Positions 26,005-30,076 of a DNA stretch of 30,076 nt are shown here, in pieces; the stretch's first letter is position 1; the number at the start of each line of letters is the position of its first letter. The DNA comes from an uncultured Eubacteriales bacterium (lineage in GTDB: Bacteria; Bacillota; Clostridia; Christensenellales; Pumilibacteraceae), in contig USNB01000001.1 of NCBI GenBank assembly GCA_900555875.1, forward strand, positions 1 through 30,076, given 5' to 3'. A model generated the notes under the pieces. The model had not been told where the DNA came from. It searched no databases and was given only the letters and a program-made list of their open reading frames with translations. The translations under genes were made by a program, and so were the position numbers.

Positions 26005-27246
26005 TTATTTCGCTCCTTCTTTGTATGGTCTGGTTATGATTATGTCCCTTATCTCGCCCGGTACGGCAATGTCCGAATATACGCGCACATAATTGGCGGA
26101 ATACCCTTCCGCGATCCCTCCGTGGATCTCTTCGAAATACACAGAAAGCGCTTTTCCCGTTTGCAATAAGATGAAGGCTTTTTTCAGTTCTTTTTTGATG
26201 TTGCCAAGCTCTGCCGCGCGTTCTCTTCTCTTCTCCATAGGCACCTGCGGCAAAGCCGCCGCCCGTGTTCCTTTGCGCTCGCTGTACGGAAATACGTGCA
26301 TATCCGAGAAGCCGACTTCGCGCACAAATGCGCAGGTATCCGCGAAATCCCTGTCCGTTTCGGTGGGAAATCCCGCTATCACGTCCGTGGTTATCCCGGC
26401 GTCGGGAAAATACTCTCTTATCTTTCGCACGGCTGACATATACTTTTCGCAGTCATAATGTCTGTTCATCGCTTTGAGCACGCTGTCGCAGCCGGATTGC
26501 AAAGACAGGTGAAAGTGGTCGTTGAACCCCGCTTCCGCAAGGGCGTCAAGCAGTTCGTCGCATATGACCGTACATTCAAACGAACTTAATCTCTTGCGGA
26601 CATTCAGCTTTCCGAGCGCACGGACTATGTCCGTAAGCGTGAGTCCGATATCCTTTCCGTATGACGATACGTCGATACCGGTCAGTACTATCTCTTTCGT
26701 ATGCTTTGCCGCTTCTTCCGCTTCGGATATCACGCTTGCGAGCGAGCGCGAGCGACATCTTCCGCGCAGGTACGGTATGACGCAGTATGAACAGAAATTG
26801 TTGCAGCCGTCCTGTATCTTTATGTAGTCTCTTGTCCTTTCGTGCGCAGGAGCCGTCATTTCCTCGAAATAAACGGGCGCAGGTATGATCGCCGCCTTAG
26901 CTTTGCATGTTATGTCAGACATAATATACTGCGCTATCGCGGATTTTCCCGCAGTTCCGCCCACATACACTACGTTCGGCATATCGATGAACGGTCCCGC
27001 TTCGTTCATAGAACTGCATCCCGTAACAAATATCTTCGCATGCGGAGCGATACGGGAACATTTGCGGACGAGCTGCCTGCTCTTTCTGTCAGCCTCAGCG
27101 GTGACGGAGCACGTATTTACCACATAAACGTCGGCTGCGATCTGCTCCTCCGTAACTTCGGCGCCCGCGTTCCTCAGCTCCGATATGATCGAACGGCTCT
27201 CGCATTCATTGACTTTGCAGCCGAGAGTGAATACCGCGACTTTCAT
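26005..27246 (-). CDS. mtaB: tRNA t6A37 methylthiotransferase
   Basis: TLGCKVNECES, NTCSVT, KIQDGCNNFCSYC, HFHLSLQSG, HVFPYSERKGT; located after rsmE. Confidence 0.93.
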   Translation of the reverse strand: MKVAVFTLGCKVNECESRSIISELRNAGAEVTEEQIAADVYVVNTCSVTAEADRKSRQLVRKCSRIAPHAKIFVTGCSSMNEAGPFIDMPNVVYVGGTAGKSAIAQYIMSDITCKAKAAIIPAPVYFEEMTAPAHERTRDYIKIQDGCNNFCSYCVIPYLRGRCRSRSLASVISEAEEAAKHTKEIVLTGIDVSSYGKDIGLTLTDIVRALGKLNVRKRLSSFECTVICDELLDALAEAGFNDHFHLSLQSGCDSVLKAMNRHYDCEKYMSAVRKIREYFPDAGITTDVIAGFPTETDRDFADTCAFVREVGFSDMHVFPYSERKGTRAAALPQVPMEKRRERAAELGNIKKELKKAFILLQTGKALSVYFEEIHGGIAEGYSANYVRVYSDIAVPGEIRDIIITRPYKEGAK

Positions 27247-27959
27247 TCCCATTCTCCGCAAAGCTGCATGATGACCGCCGCTCCTGCGATCGCCGCCGTT
27301 TCGGCGCGAAGGATGCGTTTTCCCAGAGTCACGCCCGGATATCCGGCGTTTTCCGCCTCCTTGACTTCCCTTTCTGAAAAGCCTCCTTCCGGTCCTATAA
27401 CGAGCGCTATGCGCTTTTCGTCGCCTTTTACGACGTCGCCGATACGCAGTCCGCCGCCGTATGCGCCTTCATACGCGAACACCGCGCTGTCATAACCCGC
27501 AAGTTCCCGGATGACGTCGGAATAACTCATGACGTCCGTTACTTCGGGTATTATTGCCCTGCCGCACTGTTTGGACGCTTCGTGCGCAGCCCGGCGCAGC
27601 CGCTCGCTCTTTTCGCGAAGCGGCACGGTATATTCGCTTATCATAGGCACTATACGGCGAGCGCCCAGCTCCGTAAGTTTCTGCACTTCCAGCTCCGTTT
27701 TGTCGCCTTTCAATATCGAGATATATACGCACAGGTAGAGATCCGGTTCGGTGGGATTATCTTCTTCTCTTAAAAAGGACAGCGCGACCGATTCCTTGTC
27801 GAACGCGGTGATCTCATAAATATAGTCTTTGCCGTCATTTGGGCAGATAACGATATTGTCCCCCGGCCTTGCGCGAAGGACTTCCGCGAGATGCTTCCTT
27901 TCAGCTCCCGTAAGTTTCATAGCGGGCTTTTCCGCTTTTTCGGTAAAAAATCGTCTCAA
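27243..27959 (-). CDS. rsmE: 16S rRNA U1498 methyltransferase
   Basis: HLAEVLR, QKLTELG, EASKQCGR, IGPEGGFS, LGKRILRAETA; TTG start overlapping the prmA stop. Confidence 0.96.
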   Translation of the reverse strand: MRRFFTEKAEKPAMKLTGAERKHLAEVLRARPGDNIVICPNDGKDYIYEITAFDKESVALSFLREEDNPTEPDLYLCVYISILKGDKTELEVQKLTELGARRIVPMISEYTVPLREKSERLRRAAHEASKQCGRAIIPEVTDVMSYSDVIRELAGYDSAVFAYEGAYGGGLRIGDVVKGDEKRIALVIGPEGGFSEREVKEAENAGYPGVTLGKRILRAETAAIAGAAVIMQLCGEWE

Positions 27960-28855
27960 AGTTTCACCGCCGCATAAGCTCTCCAGCCGTTTTTACGTTT
28001 CTCGGCGACCTTTCCGAATACGCCGTCCGAAAAGAATCCCCGCTCGACGTCGTTTGCTCTTGCGTCTATTATACCGCTCATGACGACGACGCTTCCCTTT
28101 TTCGTGACGGAGGGCAGCGTCTCGCGCAGACGGAGCAGTATATCCGCTGTGAGATTGGCGAGTATCATATCCGCCTGTCCGTCGTATTTTTCTGCGAGAT
28201 CCCCGCAGATCACTTCGGCATCCATTCCGTTGCACGCAAGATTGGCGCAGGTCGCCTCAGTCGCCTGCGGATCTATATCTATAAAAGTGCAGCTTTCCGC
28301 TCCGAGGGCAAGCGCCGCGATACCGAGTATCCCGCTGCCGCATCCGACATCGAGCACGCGTTTGTTTTTTATATCCATGTCGGAAAGCAGTTCAAGACAC
28401 ATCCCGGTTGATTCATGAAGTCCCGTACCGAACGCCATTCCCGGATCGATCAGTATCTTTGTCTTATCGTAATTGCCGTCCATCCATTTAGGTACGACTA
28501 CGATATTGCCGAAATCGAGCGGCGAATAATATTTTTTCCACTCGTTTTCCCAATCCGCGGAGTCTTTCACCGACACCGTGATCTCCGCGCTTCTTCCGAG
28601 ATATGATCGCAGAGTTTCTTCCAGCGCCGAAAGATCGGCATTTTCGTCAAAACACCCCGTAACGAATGCGAAAGGAGGCAGTTCACCTGCCAAAGATTCA
28701 TCGTAATAATCCCAGTTGCCTTTCGAGCGCAGCACTTCCTTTATATCTTCTCCGTCTGCTACTGACGCTCCGGCGCTGCCGGATTCTATCATGGCATATG
28801 ATACCAGATCCGCTTCGTTGTGATCGGCTTTTACGGTAACCTGTTTGTATCTCAT
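27956..28855 (-). CDS. prmA: Ribosomal protein L11 methyltransferase
   Basis: DWENEWKKYY, DPGMAFGTGLHEST, LDVGCGSGIL, ANLTAD, MSGII. Confidence 0.95.
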   Translation of the reverse strand: MRYKQVTVKADHNEADLVSYAMIESGSAGASVADGEDIKEVLRSKGNWDYYDESLAGELPPFAFVTGCFDENADLSALEETLRSYLGRSAEITVSVKDSADWENEWKKYYSPLDFGNIVVVPKWMDGNYDKTKILIDPGMAFGTGLHESTGMCLELLSDMDIKNKRVLDVGCGSGILGIAALALGAESCTFIDIDPQATEATCANLACNGMDAEVICGDLAEKYDGQADMILANLTADILLRLRETLPSVTKKGSVVVMSGIIDARANDVERGFFSDGVFGKVAEKRKNGWRAYAAVKL

Positions 28856-28880
28856 ATAACGACCTTATAACAAACCTTAA

Positions 28881-28908
28881 GGAAAGCCCGCTCGACAGCG
28901 GGCTTTCC
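28881..28908 (-). terminator. 12-bp hairpin after dnaK
   Basis: GGAAAGCCCGCT-4 nt loop-AGCGGGCTTTCC; minus-strand tail TTAAGGTTT. Confidence 0.65.
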
Positions 28909-28923
28909 CGGATAATGTTTTGT

Positions 28924-30076
28924 TTATGCGTTTTCGCCGCCCGGCTGCTGCTGATCTCCTCCGTTCTGCTGATAGAGCTTGGAGAACACCGCGTCGGACT
29001 TCTTGGAAAGCTCTTCGGTGGCTTCGCGGATCTTGTCTCCGTCATCCGTCTTGAGAGCTTCTTTGACCTTATCCATCTCCTTTTTGAGATCTTCCTTATC
29101 CGCGGGATCCACTTTATCGCCGTTCTCACGGAAGAATTTCTCTATGGAGAATACGAGCGCGTCGGCTTTATTCTTTGTCTCTACGAGTTCCTTGCGCTTA
29201 TTGTCTTCAGCCGCAAATTTTTCCGCATCCTTGATCGCATCCTGGATCTGATCTTCGCTGAGGTTGGAAGAAGCGGTTATCGTTATGCTCTGCTCCTTAC
29301 CGGTTCCCTTATCCTTGGCGCTGACGTGCACGATGCCGTTCGCGTCGATGTCGAACGTGACCTCTATCTGAGGCACGCCTCTGGGTGCGGGCGGGATCCC
29401 CGTGAGCTCGAAGCGACCTATGGTCTTGTTGTCCGCAGCCATGGGACGTTCACCCTGAAGAACGTGTATGTCCACCGAAGGCTGATTGTCCGCCGCCGTC
29501 GAGAATACCTGAGACTTTTTGGTGGGAATGGTCGTGTTTCTGTCGATTATCTTGGTAAACACGCCGCCCATCGTTTCTATACCGAGCGAAAGCGGAGTAA
29601 CGTCGAGGAGAAGGACGTCCTTGACTTCGCCGCCGAGCACGCCGCCCTGTATGGCGGCGCCGATCGCCACGCACTCATCGGGGTTGATCCCCTTGAACGG
29701 CTCCTTGCCCGTGAGTTTGCGCACGGCTTCGACGACTGCGGGTATACGCGTGGATCCGCCGACAAGAATGACTTTTTCCACATCGCTGACGGTGAGATTA
29801 GCATCGGACAGTGCGCGTTTGCTGAGCGATACCGTGCGCTCCACAAGATCTGCCGTGAGGGCGTCGAACTTGCTGCGCGTAAGCTCGCATTCGAAGTTGA
29901 TGGGACCCGAGGGGCCGAAGGAAAGGAACGGCAGGCTTATAAGCGTCTTCTGAAGCTGGGAAAGTTCTATCTTTGCTTTTTCCGCGGCTTCCTTCAGCCT
30001 CTGCATCGCCATTCTGTCGCCCTTGAGGTCGACGCCGTTTTCTTTTTTGAATTCCTCGAGTATATAATCGATGATC
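28924..30076 (-). CDS. dnaK: Chaperone DnaK (5' part outside the window)
   Basis: The frame continues to the window edge ([38 protein letters not shown]); [38 protein letters not shown]. Confidence 0.98.
   Translation of the reverse strand, partial: IIDYILEEFKKENGVDLKGDRMAMQRLKEAAEKAKIELSQLQKTLISLPFLSFGPSGPINFECELTRSKFDALTADLVERTVSLSKRALSDANLTVSDVEKVILVGGSTRIPAVVEAVRKLTGKEPFKGINPDECVAIGAAIQGGVLGGEVKDVLLLDVTPLSLGIETMGGVFTKIIDRNTTIPTKKSQVFSTAADNQPSVDIHVLQGERPMAADNKTIGRFELTGIPPAPRGVPQIEVTFDIDANGIVHVSAKDKGTGKEQSITITASSNLSEDQIQDAIKDAEKFAAEDNKRKELVETKNKADALVFSIEKFFRENGDKVDPADKEDLKKEMDKVKEALKTDDGDKIREATEELSKKSDAVFSKLYQQNGGDQQQPGGENA

Noticed and set aside
1..30076. CRISPR arrays, IS elements, prophage, tRNA/rRNA, defence genes, inteins or frameshifts
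   Set aside because: No repeat arrays or transposase/integrase motifs were seen, intergenic gaps are short, and the proteins have normal family lengths.

Overview
Core-genome window from a spore-forming Clostridia-type Firmicute (lineage inferred from gene order and protein style). Every gene except rpmB is on the minus strand. In transcription order: dnaK (partial)-prmA-rsmE-mtaB-hinT, rpsU, an orphan 135-aa ORF, hisR(yerC)-pcrA-ligA, yicC-gmk-rpoZ-coaBC-priA-def-fmt-rsmB-rlmN-rpe, a 35-aa SpoVM-like ORF missed by the ORF track, rpmB (plus strand), fakA-recG, hisZ-hisG-hisD-hisB-hisA-hisIE, rpmF-plsX (partial). I found no mobile elements, CRISPR arrays, RNA genes or defence systems, and I cannot support a wholly new multi-gene system. 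The most notable signals are: (1) a TrpR-family HisR circuit visible within the window, with a tandem palindromic operator at the his promoter and a similar site inside the promoter of hisR-pcrA-ligA; (2) a his operon lacking hisC, hisH and hisF at tight gene junctions; (3) the hidden SpoVM-like peptide with a mother-cell sigma-type promoter; (4) repeated absence of genes that normally sit in these conserved operons (dnaJ, stp/pknB/rsgA, thiN, asp23, remA, yqeY, DUF177).
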